A DNA stretch of 32,000 nt from Candidatus Brocadia sp. (GTDB lineage: Bacteria; Planctomycetota; Brocadiia; Brocadiales; Brocadiaceae). Position numbers and translations under genes: made by a program. Under the pieces are notes generated by a model. The model saw only the letters and a program-made list of their open reading frames with translations. It did not search any database and had not been told where the DNA came from. Of this stretch, positions 1-8,583 are shown piece by piece. Where the stretch lies: NCBI GenBank assembly GCA_021650915.1, contig CP091279.1, positions 3,060,001-3,092,000 on the forward strand, in the 5' to 3' direction. Within the stretch, counting starts at the first letter, position 1; every line of letters starts with the position of its first letter.

Positions 1-51
1 TGAGGTAATTGCACCTACGCCGGTAATAACTACCCTTCGTCGTTTCCGCAT
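1..51 (-). CDS. fabF: 3-oxoacyl-ACP synthase II (FabF-like), 5' end only; gene continues beyond the window start
   Basis: Not in the ORF track because it is open-ended. The minus-strand ATG at 51..49 abuts the acpP stop (52..54). It translates to MRKRRRVVITGVGAITS, the R-V-V-[IV]-T-G-x-G N-terminus typical of KAS I/II. Its position directly after acpP matches the canonical fab cluster order. Confidence 0.55.
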   Translation of the reverse strand, partial: MRKRRRVVITGVGAITS

Positions 52-285
52 TTATTTGTGTTCCTCAATGTATTTTATCGCGTCTCCCACCGTCCTTATC
101 TTTTCCGCATCTTCGTCAGGAATATTCATATCAAAGGCGTCTTCAAACTCCATGATCAGTTCCACGGTATCCAAAGAATCTGCTCCCAGATCATTGATAA
201 AAGCCGTTTCTTTCGTAATCTGTTCTGTCTTTACTCCCATCTGTTTTGTGATAATTTCCTTAACCTTATCTTCGACTGCTGACAC
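52..285 (-). CDS. acpP: acyl carrier protein
   Basis: 77-aa ORF with the phosphopantetheine-attachment motif [19 protein letters not shown] start at 285..283, preceded by AAGGAGG with a 6-nt spacer (286-301). Confidence 0.95.
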   Translation of the reverse strand: MSAVEDKVKEIITKQMGVKTEQITKETAFINDLGADSLDTVELIMEFEDAFDMNIPDEDAEKIRTVGDAIKYIEEHK

Positions 286-301
286 GGTTTACCTCCTTAT
301 A

Positions 302-1261
302 CTAAAATGAATTCGATTTCCCTATATTCTCCATGGCCTCTATGGTGTCAATACTGTTAATCTCCTGGGTAGCGTCAATTCTCTTCATGAGCCCTGATAA
401 CGTTTTACCAGGCCCAATCTCATAAAACCGATTAAATCCATTATGTATCAGCAGAGAGATCGACTGATGCCACCGCACCGGACTATTTAATTGTTTTGCT
501 AAAGATACTTTTATCTCGTCAGGTTCTGTCACGTATTGTGCATAAATATTTGCAACAACCGGAATATTCGGCTTCGAGATAGGCGTTACTTCCAGTTCCC
601 TTGCAAGTTTGTCGCTTGCGGGGGCCATTAAGCCTGAATGAAATGCGCCGTCTACCTTTAAAGGCACAACCATTCTTGCCCCTCGTTCCTTGGCGAGAAC
701 GGATGCCTTTTCTAACAACGGTTTTTCGCCTGAGATAACCACCTGCCCCGGGCTATTATAATTTGCCGCACAAAGCACTCCTGCCGGCATCATTTCTGCG
801 CAGATCTGTTCCACTTTTTCGTCTGCCAATCCAATAACGGAAACCATTCCGCCCGGATTTGCATTGCAAGCCTCCTGCATAAACAAGCCACGCTGAGACA
901 CGAGCCTGACCGCATTTCGAAAGGCCATCGAACCGGCAGCAACATGCGCCGTATATTCTCCCAGACTCAGTCCGGCGGCTGCCTGGCACTCATTTTCGCT
1001 CGTAGCCGTATTTGTTTTCAAGACTTCCAGGATCGCCAGGCTGGTTACGAGTATGGCAGGCTGACACAGGGAGGTTTTATTTAACTCTTCCTGCTTCCCC
1101 TGGAAACAAAACGCCGCTATATCAAACCCAAGGATTTCATTCGCCTGATTGAATACCTCCCGCGCCTCTTTGAAATGGGTATAAAAATCCTTTCCCATCC
1201 CCACGTATTGCGACCCCTGGCCAGGAAAAAGAAATGCGGTCTTTCGTATATGCCCTACCAT
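302..1261 (-). CDS. fabD: malonyl-CoA:ACP transacylase
   Basis: 319 aa. Contains FLFPGQGSQYVGMG, the GLSLGEYTA nucleophile-elbow serine and the GAFHS motif. Its ATG overlaps the fabH stop (ATGGTAG at 1261..1255), suggesting translational coupling. Confidence 0.93.
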   Translation of the reverse strand: MVGHIRKTAFLFPGQGSQYVGMGKDFYTHFKEAREVFNQANEILGFDIAAFCFQGKQEELNKTSLCQPAILVTSLAILEVLKTNTATSENECQAAAGLSLGEYTAHVAAGSMAFRNAVRLVSQRGLFMQEACNANPGGMVSVIGLADEKVEQICAEMMPAGVLCAANYNSPGQVVISGEKPLLEKASVLAKERGARMVVPLKVDGAFHSGLMAPASDKLARELEVTPISKPNIPVVANIYAQYVTEPDEIKVSLAKQLNSPVRWHQSISLLIHNGFNRFYEIGPGKTLSGLMKRIDATQEINSIDTIEAMENIGKSNSF

Positions 1262-2244
1262 CGTATGACCGAAGATCCCCAGGTCAACCCGCCTCCAAAC
1301 GCTACCAGCATAACAAGGTCTCCCCGACGGAGTCGCCCTTCCCTTCTGGCCTCGTCAATCGCAATAGGAATAGATGCTGATGAGGTATTTCCATATTTAT
1401 CGATATTAACAAATGCCTTTTCCATAGGCAACCCAAGTTTTTCCATAGTTGCCTCAATTATTCTCAGATTGCTCTGATGAGGAATAATAAGGTCGATATC
1501 TTCGATCGTCAGGTTGTTTTTATTTACCGTTTCCAGAATCAGGCTGGTTATATTCTGAATCGCCAGCTTGAATACCTCTTTCCCTTTGAATTGGATATAA
1601 TGCGCCCTTTGTTGAATTGATTCTAAAGATGCGGGACTCCTAGCCCCCCCTCCCGGCATAATCAGGATATCTGCCTGTGAACCATCTGCTGCCAGGCTCG
1701 TAGAGAGAATTTCATGCTGGGTAAGGCTTTTTTGAATAACAACCGCTCCGGCGCCATCTCCAAACAATACACAGGTGGTGCGATCGGTATAGTCGGTAAT
1801 CGTTGATAAACACTCGGCGCCTGCCACGAGGACGGTCTCCACGGCCCCTGAATTTACAAAACTTTGTGCAATTGACATCGCATAAATAAATCCGGCGCAT
1901 GCTGCCAGTATATCAAACGCACCCGCTCTTGTTGCGCCGATTTTTTGCTGGATAAAACAGGAAGTCGAAGGGAAGATGTGATCTGGGGTTATGGTCGAGG
2001 TAATAATCATATCTAAATCACGGGGAGAAACTCCGGCATCTTCCATTGCTCTGAGCGATGCCTGAGTGGCAAGGTCAGAGGTTATTTGCCCGTTTTCAAC
2101 AATACGACGCTGTTTAATACCCGTCCGTTGAATAATCCAATCATCAGTGGTATCAACCATCTTTTCCAAATCATAATTTGTTAACACCTTTCCCGGCAAG
2201 TAGGATCCGATGCCGGTAATAGACGCCCTTTGATTCTGTCGCAT
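1255..2244 (-). CDS. fabH: 3-oxoacyl-ACP synthase III
   Basis: 329 aa. KAS III hallmarks are present: active-site Cys in AACAGF, PHQSNLRII, and YGNTSSASIPIAIDEA. Confidence 0.95.
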   Translation of the reverse strand: MRQNQRASITGIGSYLPGKVLTNYDLEKMVDTTDDWIIQRTGIKQRRIVENGQITSDLATQASLRAMEDAGVSPRDLDMIITSTITPDHIFPSTSCFIQQKIGATRAGAFDILAACAGFIYAMSIAQSFVNSGAVETVLVAGAECLSTITDYTDRTTCVLFGDGAGAVVIQKSLTQHEILSTSLAADGSQADILIMPGGGARSPASLESIQQRAHYIQFKGKEVFKLAIQNITSLILETVNKNNLTIEDIDLIIPHQSNLRIIEATMEKLGLPMEKAFVNIDKYGNTSSASIPIAIDEARREGRLRRGDLVMLVAFGGGLTWGSSVIRW

Positions 2245-2288
2245 GTATAATTTACATATCCAGAGGAGATTAGTAGGTGGCTGAACGG

Positions 2289-3305
2289 TTACATAACACT
2301 TGCCGCAGGCACATTGGCCTTTTCCAGTTCGGCAACAATATGATCGTTAACTTTGTTTTTTGACAACTGTAATGCAACCTTTATAGCATTATAGATAGCC
2401 TTTGAATCAGACCTGCCATGACAAATAATACACACACCGTTGACACCCAGCAAGGGAGCTCCGCCATACTCAGTAAAGTCCATTTTAGCCTTTAAAGGAG
2501 CAAAGGCAGGTTTACACAAAAACAAACCTAATTTTGACCAGAAGCCCTTCATTGCTTCTGCCTTAATTGTTGATAAAAGTCCTGTTGCAAGCCCTTCTGC
2601 AAATTTCAGCATGACATTTCCTACAAAACCCTCACAAACAACAATATCAGCCTTTCCATCAAATATTTCCCTTCCCTCTACATTTCCCACAAAAGTTAAT
2701 TGCGAATTGGAGAAAAGGGCAAACGTTTCTTTCGCCAAATCATTTCCCTTTGCATCCTCTTCACCAATATTTAACAATCCTACCCGCGGATATTGAACGC
2801 GAGAGATATATTTGCTGAATATGGTTGACATTACGCCATACTGAAAGAGATGTATTGGTTTACAGGCAATATTTGCCCCCACGTCAATTATCAAGCAGTT
2901 GCCACTCCGGGTGGGAAATGGGGCGGCAATCCCCGGTCGCCGCACCCCTTTCAGCGTTCGCAAATGCAATGTCGCAGCGGCAACTGCTGCACCCGTATGG
3001 CCTGCACTCACGACGGCAGTTGCTTCGCCTTTTGCAACAAGCTCGACACTTCGCGTGATGGATGAATTCGTTTTCTGGCGTATGGAATACGTTGCAGGGT
3101 CATCCATACTAACTACTTGAGATGCGTGATGCGTGGTAATATTTTTCGGGATGGCTTGGCAAGATTCTAATTCCTGCTGTATCACCTTTTCATCGCCAAC
3201 CAGTAAAATCTCACTATCCTGAAATTGCTGCGCAGCAAGAACTGCTCCCTTGACAATCTCATGGGGAGCCTTATCCCCACCCATCGCATCTACTGCAACT
3301 CTCAT
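2289..3305 (-). CDS. plsX: phosphate acyltransferase PlsX
   Basis: 338 aa. N-terminus MRVAVDAMGGDKAP and SAGHTGA are typical of PlsX. Located between rpmF and fabH as in the canonical cluster. Confidence 0.93.
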   Translation of the reverse strand: MRVAVDAMGGDKAPHEIVKGAVLAAQQFQDSEILLVGDEKVIQQELESCQAIPKNITTHHASQVVSMDDPATYSIRQKTNSSITRSVELVAKGEATAVVSAGHTGAAVAAATLHLRTLKGVRRPGIAAPFPTRSGNCLIIDVGANIACKPIHLFQYGVMSTIFSKYISRVQYPRVGLLNIGEEDAKGNDLAKETFALFSNSQLTFVGNVEGREIFDGKADIVVCEGFVGNVMLKFAEGLATGLLSTIKAEAMKGFWSKLGLFLCKPAFAPLKAKMDFTEYGGAPLLGVNGVCIICHGRSDSKAIYNAIKVALQLSKNKVNDHIVAELEKANVPAASVM

Positions 3306-3308
3306 AAC

Positions 3309-3536
3309 CTACATTCCAACTGAAATAACCTGCTTGCCGCGGTAATAGCCGCAATTGTGACAAACCGTGTGGGGTTGATTTACCTGTTTGCAATGGGAAC
3401 AAATATATCGCTTCGAGCGTACACCAGCGCCTTTTTCAATATTTTCGGCAAGCGGAATAACAGGCGGAGTCAACTTGTCGTGTGTACGTCTCTTACGGGT
3501 TCTTGAATTCGAGAACCTTCTCTTTGGATTAGGCAT
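3309..3536 (-). CDS. rpmF: 50S ribosomal protein L32
   Basis: 75 aa. L32-type N-terminus MPNPKRRFSNSRTRKRRTHDKL and a CxxC...CxxC zinc ribbon (CSHCKQ...CHNCG). GAGGTGA SD lies 4 nt upstream of the ATG. Confidence 0.9.
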   Translation of the reverse strand: MPNPKRRFSNSRTRKRRTHDKLTPPVIPLAENIEKGAGVRSKRYICSHCKQVNQPHTVCHNCGYYRGKQVISVGM

Positions 3537-3706
3537 GTATCACCTCTAAAAAATTTCACACTAGATTACACAAAAAGAATACCAATTGCACTTTTTTTCT
3601 TTTGGTATCTCAAAACACCTTCTTTTTATTATCGTACCGTACCTCTTTTATCACCCTTTTGCTAAACGTAGATAACTCTATGATGCATAAGAATTTCAAA
3701 CGGAGA

Positions 3707-3735
3707 ATTTTATAGATAACCACACCTAATGTCAA
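3707..3735 (-). promoter_or_regulatory. candidate sigma70-type promoter for rpmF-plsX-fab operon
   Basis: The minus strand reads TTGACA (3735..3730), a 17-nt spacer, then TAAAAT (3712..3707). This sits about 170 nt upstream of the rpmF ATG. It is a pattern match only. Confidence 0.4.
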
Positions 3736-3819
3736 GCAAAAACTCAACGCTTGGAAATCCTTTTAATTCCTTGCCGATGGTGTATCGTGATCGCGCAACA
3801 CGCCTTTTTTATTAGCGCC

Positions 3820-6489
3820 TTATCCTGAAGACAAGAGCGCGCCCTCACGTATTTTTTTGCTTAACAGCTCCGTGGCAAAACTCAACGCCTCATCGAGTTT
3901 TTCTGGCCATTGTCCCCCTGCCTGCGCCATCTCCGGCCTGCCTCCACCGCCACCGCCAACCACTTTTGCAATTTCCTTTGAGAGGTTTCCCGCGTGCAAG
4001 CCGCACTTGACCAGGTTTGGGCTTAGGGCGGCAATGATCGTTACTCTCCCGTTCTGAGCAGCTCCTAATATAATTGCCATTTCTTTGGCCGACTTCATTA
4101 ACATATCTGCCGTTTTTCTCAGATCGTCTGCGGTTGCTTCATCGAGTTTTCTCGCAATAATTTTTACCCCGGAAACTTCCTTGGCATGCTCAATAAAAGA
4201 GTCAACCTTGCCGCTTATCTCTTTTTGTTTGACCTTATGAACCTCTTTCTGCAGATTCTTTAATTCACTTAACAAGTCCTGTGTCTTTGGAATCAGCTTG
4301 TCCTCATTTGTATTCAGAACGTTACACATCTCGTTGATGAGCCTTTCCTTGTCCCGATCACGGTTTAATGCTGCCATACCCGTCATTGCTTCAATACGGC
4401 GAATCCCGGCAGCAACAGACGACTCACCGATGATTCTGAACAATCCGATTTCCCCTGAGTAGTGAACATGGGTGCCACCGCAGAGTTCTTTGCTGAAATC
4501 GCCAATAGCAGCCATTCTGACCAGCTCGCCATATTTTTCTCCAAACAAGGCCATCGCACCGGCATTCCTTGCCTCCTGGATTGGCAATTCCTTTACCACC
4601 ACCGGCACATTCGTCAGAATTATCTCATTTGCCATATCTTCGATTCGCGTGATCTCCTCCTGTGTCAGCCCGGAAAAATGGTGAAAATCAAAACGGAGCC
4701 GGTCAGGCGCTACGAGGGATCCTGACTGTTCTGCATGCTGACCGATCACTTTTCGCAAGACATAATGGAGAACATGGGTTGCTGAATGGTTTCTCCGGAT
4801 GGAGTTCCTTCGCTGGATATCGATTTTGGCGCGAATCACCTCTCCCGTTTTGATCTCTCCCTTTGTCACTTTTCCCACGTGGAGGATGAAATCATTATTC
4901 TTTTTCGTGTCGGTAATTCTGACCTGGTTTCCATTCGACTCCAGCACCCCGGTATCGCCAATCTGCCCGCCTGATTCTCCGTAAAAAGGCGTCCGATCTA
5001 AAATAACCGTAATTTCTCCACCTGCCACAGCTGCCTCAACAAGCGTATCGCCCTGGATAAGGGCAATTACCTTCGCTTCACAGGCATCCTCCTGATAACC
5101 AAGAAACTCGGTGCCTTTCGAAATATCTTTTATCCTGCTCAGAGGTCCCGTGTCAAAGACCTGGCCTGTCATCTGCGATGACGTTCTTGCCTGTAACCGC
5201 TGTTTTTTTAGCTCATTCTCGAAACCGTCCTTATCTACCGCAAATCCCTTCTCCTCGAGAATCAATTCCGTCATATCCATGGGAAAACCATACGTATCAT
5301 ATAGTTTGAAGGCCTCCTGGCCAGACAAAACTTTTTGCTTGTTCCTTTGCAACACATCCATCAGTTCTTTCAGCCTGGCCGTCCCCAGTTCCAGGGTTTC
5401 ATGGAATTTCTCTTCTTCGCTTTTCACGATCCTTGCAATATTTTCCCTGCGCTGCTTAATATCGGGGTAGTATTCCTGCATGACGTTGCTTACAATCGGC
5501 ACCAGCTTGTATAAAAAACAATCTTTTACGCCTAATTGCGTGCCATCCCGTATCGCACGCCGCAACAGCCTTCGCTCGACATAGCTACGACCCTCGTTGC
5601 CGGGCAGGACGCCGTCAGAAATACAAAACACGCACGCCTTCAGATGGTCTGCAATCCGGCGCATGAGTATGGCATGCCCATCTTTCCCGCTATATTTTAT
5701 CTGGGTAATTTCCTCCAGGGATTTGATAATGGGGCTGAAAATATCAATGTCGAAGTTGGTTTGTACCCCTTGCATGACACGCGCCATTCTCTCCAGTCCC
5801 ATGCCCGTATCTACGTTTCTATTCGGCAGCGGTACCAGCTTGCCTCCTTCTGTGCGGTTGTATTGGGTAAACACGAGGTTCCATATCTCCACAAACCGGC
5901 CGCAATCACAGGCAGGCTCGCATTCTTTTCTCCCGCAGCCGACCTTTTCACCCTGGTCAAAAAATATTTCAGAACAGGGACCGCATGGTCCGTTAGGGCC
6001 CAGGAGCGGTGCGTTTGCAGGCCAAAAGTTGTCCTTTTCACCATAACGATAAATTTTTGACGGGGGCACCCCAATGTTTTTTCCCCAGATTTCATATGAT
6101 TCCTGATCGTCTTTATAAACGCTGACTCTCAAGCGCTCTTCTGGAATTTTTAATTCCTGTGTCAGAAATTCCCATGCCCATTCAATCGTCTCTGTCTTAA
6201 AATAATCACCGAAGGAAAAATTCCCCAGCATCTCGAAAAAGGTATGATGGGAAGCCGTCTTACCCACGTTATCAATATCGCCCGTTCGAAGGCACTTCTG
6301 GCAGGTGGTGGCCTTCTTGAAATCTAAATTCCCTTTGCCCAGAAACATGTCTTTAAACTGATTCATCCCGGCGCCGGTAAAAAGGAGCGTGGGGTCATTC
6401 TGGGGCACCAATGAGTCGCTGGGCCAGATGACATGCGACTTCTTTTCAAAGAATTTGAGAAATTTATTACGAATCTCGTTTGTCTTCAT
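3820..6489 (-). CDS. alaS: alanine--tRNA ligase
   Basis: The track ORF begins at a TTG (6498). The ATG at 6489 gives the classical AlaRS N-terminus MKTNEIRNKFLKFFEKKSH. Also present: the FTGAGMNQFK core, the editing-domain metal motifs HSATHVLH and CGGTHV, and a C-terminal GGGGGRP (DHHA1-type) region. Confidence 0.95.
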   Translation of the reverse strand: MKTNEIRNKFLKFFEKKSHVIWPSDSLVPQNDPTLLFTGAGMNQFKDMFLGKGNLDFKKATTCQKCLRTGDIDNVGKTASHHTFFEMLGNFSFGDYFKTETIEWAWEFLTQELKIPEERLRVSVYKDDQESYEIWGKNIGVPPSKIYRYGEKDNFWPANAPLLGPNGPCGPCSEIFFDQGEKVGCGRKECEPACDCGRFVEIWNLVFTQYNRTEGGKLVPLPNRNVDTGMGLERMARVMQGVQTNFDIDIFSPIIKSLEEITQIKYSGKDGHAILMRRIADHLKACVFCISDGVLPGNEGRSYVERRLLRRAIRDGTQLGVKDCFLYKLVPIVSNVMQEYYPDIKQRRENIARIVKSEEEKFHETLELGTARLKELMDVLQRNKQKVLSGQEAFKLYDTYGFPMDMTELILEEKGFAVDKDGFENELKKQRLQARTSSQMTGQVFDTGPLSRIKDISKGTEFLGYQEDACEAKVIALIQGDTLVEAAVAGGEITVILDRTPFYGESGGQIGDTGVLESNGNQVRITDTKKNNDFILHVGKVTKGEIKTGEVIRAKIDIQRRNSIRRNHSATHVLHYVLRKVIGQHAEQSGSLVAPDRLRFDFHHFSGLTQEEITRIEDMANEIILTNVPVVVKELPIQEARNAGAMALFGEKYGELVRMAAIGDFSKELCGGTHVHYSGEIGLFRIIGESSVAAGIRRIEAMTGMAALNRDRDKERLINEMCNVLNTNEDKLIPKTQDLLSELKNLQKEVHKVKQKEISGKVDSFIEHAKEVSGVKIIARKLDEATADDLRKTADMLMKSAKEMAIILGAAQNGRVTIIAALSPNLVKCGLHAGNLSKEIAKVVGGGGGGRPEMAQAGGQWPEKLDEALSFATELLSKKIREGALLSSG

Positions 6490-6545
6490 AACAAGCAAAT
6501 TAGGCCTTATGGCACTTTTATAATAAGATTAACCCACCCCTGAAC

Positions 6546-6585
6546 CCCTCCCAGGAGGGAAATTCTTTATTCCCCTCCTGAGGGG
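6546..6585. repeat. two G/C-tract mini-palindromes in the recA-alaS spacer
   Basis: CCCTCC(6546-6551)/GGAGGG(6554-6559) and CCCCTC(6572-6577)/GAGGGG(6580-6585). GGAGGG 6554-6559 can alternatively pair with CCCTCC 6573-6578. Confidence 0.4.
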
Positions 6586-6684
6586 GGATAAGGCAGTAGC
6601 AGAAACTTTGATATTCCTTATCATCAAGGGGGAACGTATTGCAATCCGCCCCCTGCATTGCTGGTATTTTCAAAAACCAAACTG

Positions 6685-7776
6685 TTATTTTTCACCCTTT
6701 TTGGAAGCAGGTTCGATTTTCATTTTTTCGGGTGGTTTTTCAGGGGGTTTTTCTGAAACCATTTCTGGCTTTATCTTTTGCAGGATCGCCTGCTCAATCT
6801 CTTTCATCAGTTCAGGTTTTCCATCGATAAACTGCCGGGAATTTTCTCTGCCTTGTCCTAACCGAAGTTCCCCGTAAGAAAACCAGGTGCCTGACTTTTC
6901 AATGATTTGGCGCTCGACACCAAGGTCAATAATGTCCCCGGCGCGTGATATACCCGTGTTGTAGAGAATATCGAACTCTGCCTTCTTGAAAGGCGCAGCT
7001 ACCTTGTTTTTTGCAATCGTCGCGCGCACCCTGTTCCCGATGGTTACCTCGCCGTCTTTTATGCCGCCAATTCTTCTGATATCGATACGTACTGAGGCAT
7101 AGAATTTTAATGCCCTGCCGCCGGGGGTTGTTTCAGGATTTCCACCGTACATAACCCCGATCTTTTCACGAATCTGGTTAATGAAGATAACACTGGTGTG
7201 GGATTTGGCAATGCACCCTGTTAGTTTACGCAATGCCTGCGACATAAGCCGGGCCTGTAATCCCACATGTGAATCACCCATTTCCCCTTCAATTTCGGCG
7301 CGGGGAACAAGGGCCGCGACCGAATCAATCGCGATAATATCCACGGCATTGCTCCTCACCAGCAATTCCGCAATCTCAAGCGCCTGTTCTCCGGTATCGG
7401 GCTGGTTAACCATAAGATTGTTCAGATCGACTCCCAATTTCCTGGCATAATCAGGATCAAGGGCATGTTCGGCATCAATGAAGGCTGCCATACCACCCTC
7501 TTTCTGTGCATTCGCAATAATATGAAGCGTCAGGGTGGTTTTCCCTGAAGATTCAGGGCCAAAGATCTCAATAACCCTACCCCGCGGAATGCCCCCTACC
7601 CCTAAGGCAATATCAAGAGACAGCGCGCCGGTCGAGATCGTAGGGACGTCCACCCGCGTCTGACCGCCCAGTTTCATGATCGTCCCTTTTCCGTACTGTT
7701 TCTCGATTTGCGAGATTGCCCGCTCTAAGGCCTGCTGTCGCTTTTCCTTCTCTGCATCTTCCGGTTTGGATATCAT
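6685..7776 (-). CDS. recA: recombinase RecA
   Basis: 363 aa. Walker [13 protein letters not shown] is present and the protein is collinear with RecA throughout ([51 protein letters not shown]). It has an unusual Lys/Pro/Glu-rich C-terminal tail. Confidence 0.97.
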   Translation of the reverse strand: MISKPEDAEKEKRQQALERAISQIEKQYGKGTIMKLGGQTRVDVPTISTGALSLDIALGVGGIPRGRVIEIFGPESSGKTTLTLHIIANAQKEGGMAAFIDAEHALDPDYARKLGVDLNNLMVNQPDTGEQALEIAELLVRSNAVDIIAIDSVAALVPRAEIEGEMGDSHVGLQARLMSQALRKLTGCIAKSHTSVIFINQIREKIGVMYGGNPETTPGGRALKFYASVRIDIRRIGGIKDGEVTIGNRVRATIAKNKVAAPFKKAEFDILYNTGISRAGDIIDLGVERQIIEKSGTWFSYGELRLGQGRENSRQFIDGKPELMKEIEQAILQKIKPEMVSEKPPEKPPEKMKIEPASKKGEK

Positions 7777-7907
7777 AATTCACCCATACAAAAGTCACTC
7801 ATATGAAATCAGCCCTTCGGTAATCACACAAATTACTTACAACCTCCTTAATCACTATTAACCAGGGGATGGTAAGAAAGGCACTCATTGCTTGAAATTC
7901 ACCACCG

Positions 7908-8471
7908 CTAAATCAAATCAACACTCTGTAATTTCGTATACACAGGCCCGTCCGGCAAAAGGTCGCTCTTCATTAAAACCACTTGCGTCACGTGCTCTGA
8001 GCCAAAATCAAATCCTTGGTACGAATTCAGGTGTTCCAGAAGCCTTTTTACATTCCTGCGTGTCTTTATGCGTCCCACCGTAAGGTGCGCATCAAATTTG
8101 CGGTCTTCGCGCTTCACACTCAATGCCATGAATTGATTATCCAGTCTTTCATGGACTTTTGCCAAAACCCTGCCTGTGTCTATGACATCGGCAAAAACAA
8201 CCCGCGGATTCTTCTCCGTTGGAAAAGTTCCCACGCCCCGGAACTGAAGATCAAACGGCTTTATATGGGCCACAGCATCTTTTATTATGGCGGTTACTGC
8301 CCCCATTTTTTCTTCGTCAAGCACACCAATAAATTTTACCGTAATATGGAGATTTTCAGGGGCTACCCAGCCTGCGTCTGCATCCACCCTTTTCAGCTCA
8401 TCCTGAAATGCCGCTAATTTTTTCCGAATTTCCTCAGTAATTTCAACCGCGACAAAGAGCCTTACATTCAT
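7908..8471 (-). CDS. thpR: RNA 2',3'-cyclic phosphodiesterase (2H phosphoesterase, ThpR/LigT family)
   Basis: Two HxT motifs (HITVKF and HLTVGR) with the spacing typical of the 2H family. The track start at 8480 is a TTG. The ATG at 8471 gives MNVRLFVAVEI, the usual family N-terminus. Confidence 0.85.
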   Translation of the reverse strand: MNVRLFVAVEITEEIRKKLAAFQDELKRVDADAGWVAPENLHITVKFIGVLDEEKMGAVTAIIKDAVAHIKPFDLQFRGVGTFPTEKNPRVVFADVIDTGRVLAKVHERLDNQFMALSVKREDRKFDAHLTVGRIKTRRNVKRLLEHLNSYQGFDFGSEHVTQVVLMKSDLLPDGPVYTKLQSVDLI

Positions 8472-8542
8472 AATTATCAATGCTCTTAGGAACTCAAAAC
8501 ACGGGAACCAACAGATTGCACAGATGGCACAGAGAAATAGAC

Positions 8543-8574
8543 AAAAATCTGAGAAAGCGTGGAATCTGCGCTTT
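8543..8574 (-). terminator. possible intrinsic terminator after gltX
   Basis: On the minus strand AAAGCG (8574..8569) pairs with CGCTTT (8559..8554) around a 9-nt loop. This is followed by CTCAGATTTTTG. The stem is short and the U-run is displaced, so the call is weak. Confidence 0.3.
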
Positions 8575-8583
8575 GCTTTCGGA

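Noticed and set aside
5536-6060. 174-aa and 149-aa plus-strand ORFs, and other 60-130-aa ORFs antisense to alaS, plsX, recA, gltX, rSAM and ABC genes
   Set aside because: They lie entirely inside well-supported genes on the opposite strand and have low-complexity or Ser/Pro/Arg-rich composition. These are typical shadow ORFs.
7774-7806. 9-codon uORF (MSDFCMGEL) whose TGA overlaps the recA ATG (ATGA)
   Set aside because: No SD precedes it and it is very short. It is indistinguishable from chance without conservation data.
7820-7836. GTAAT-N7-ATTAC palindrome upstream of recA as a possible SOS/LexA box
   Set aside because: The arms are only 5 bp, it does not match any LexA motif I can name, and palindromes of this size are expected by chance in about 3 kb of intergenic DNA.
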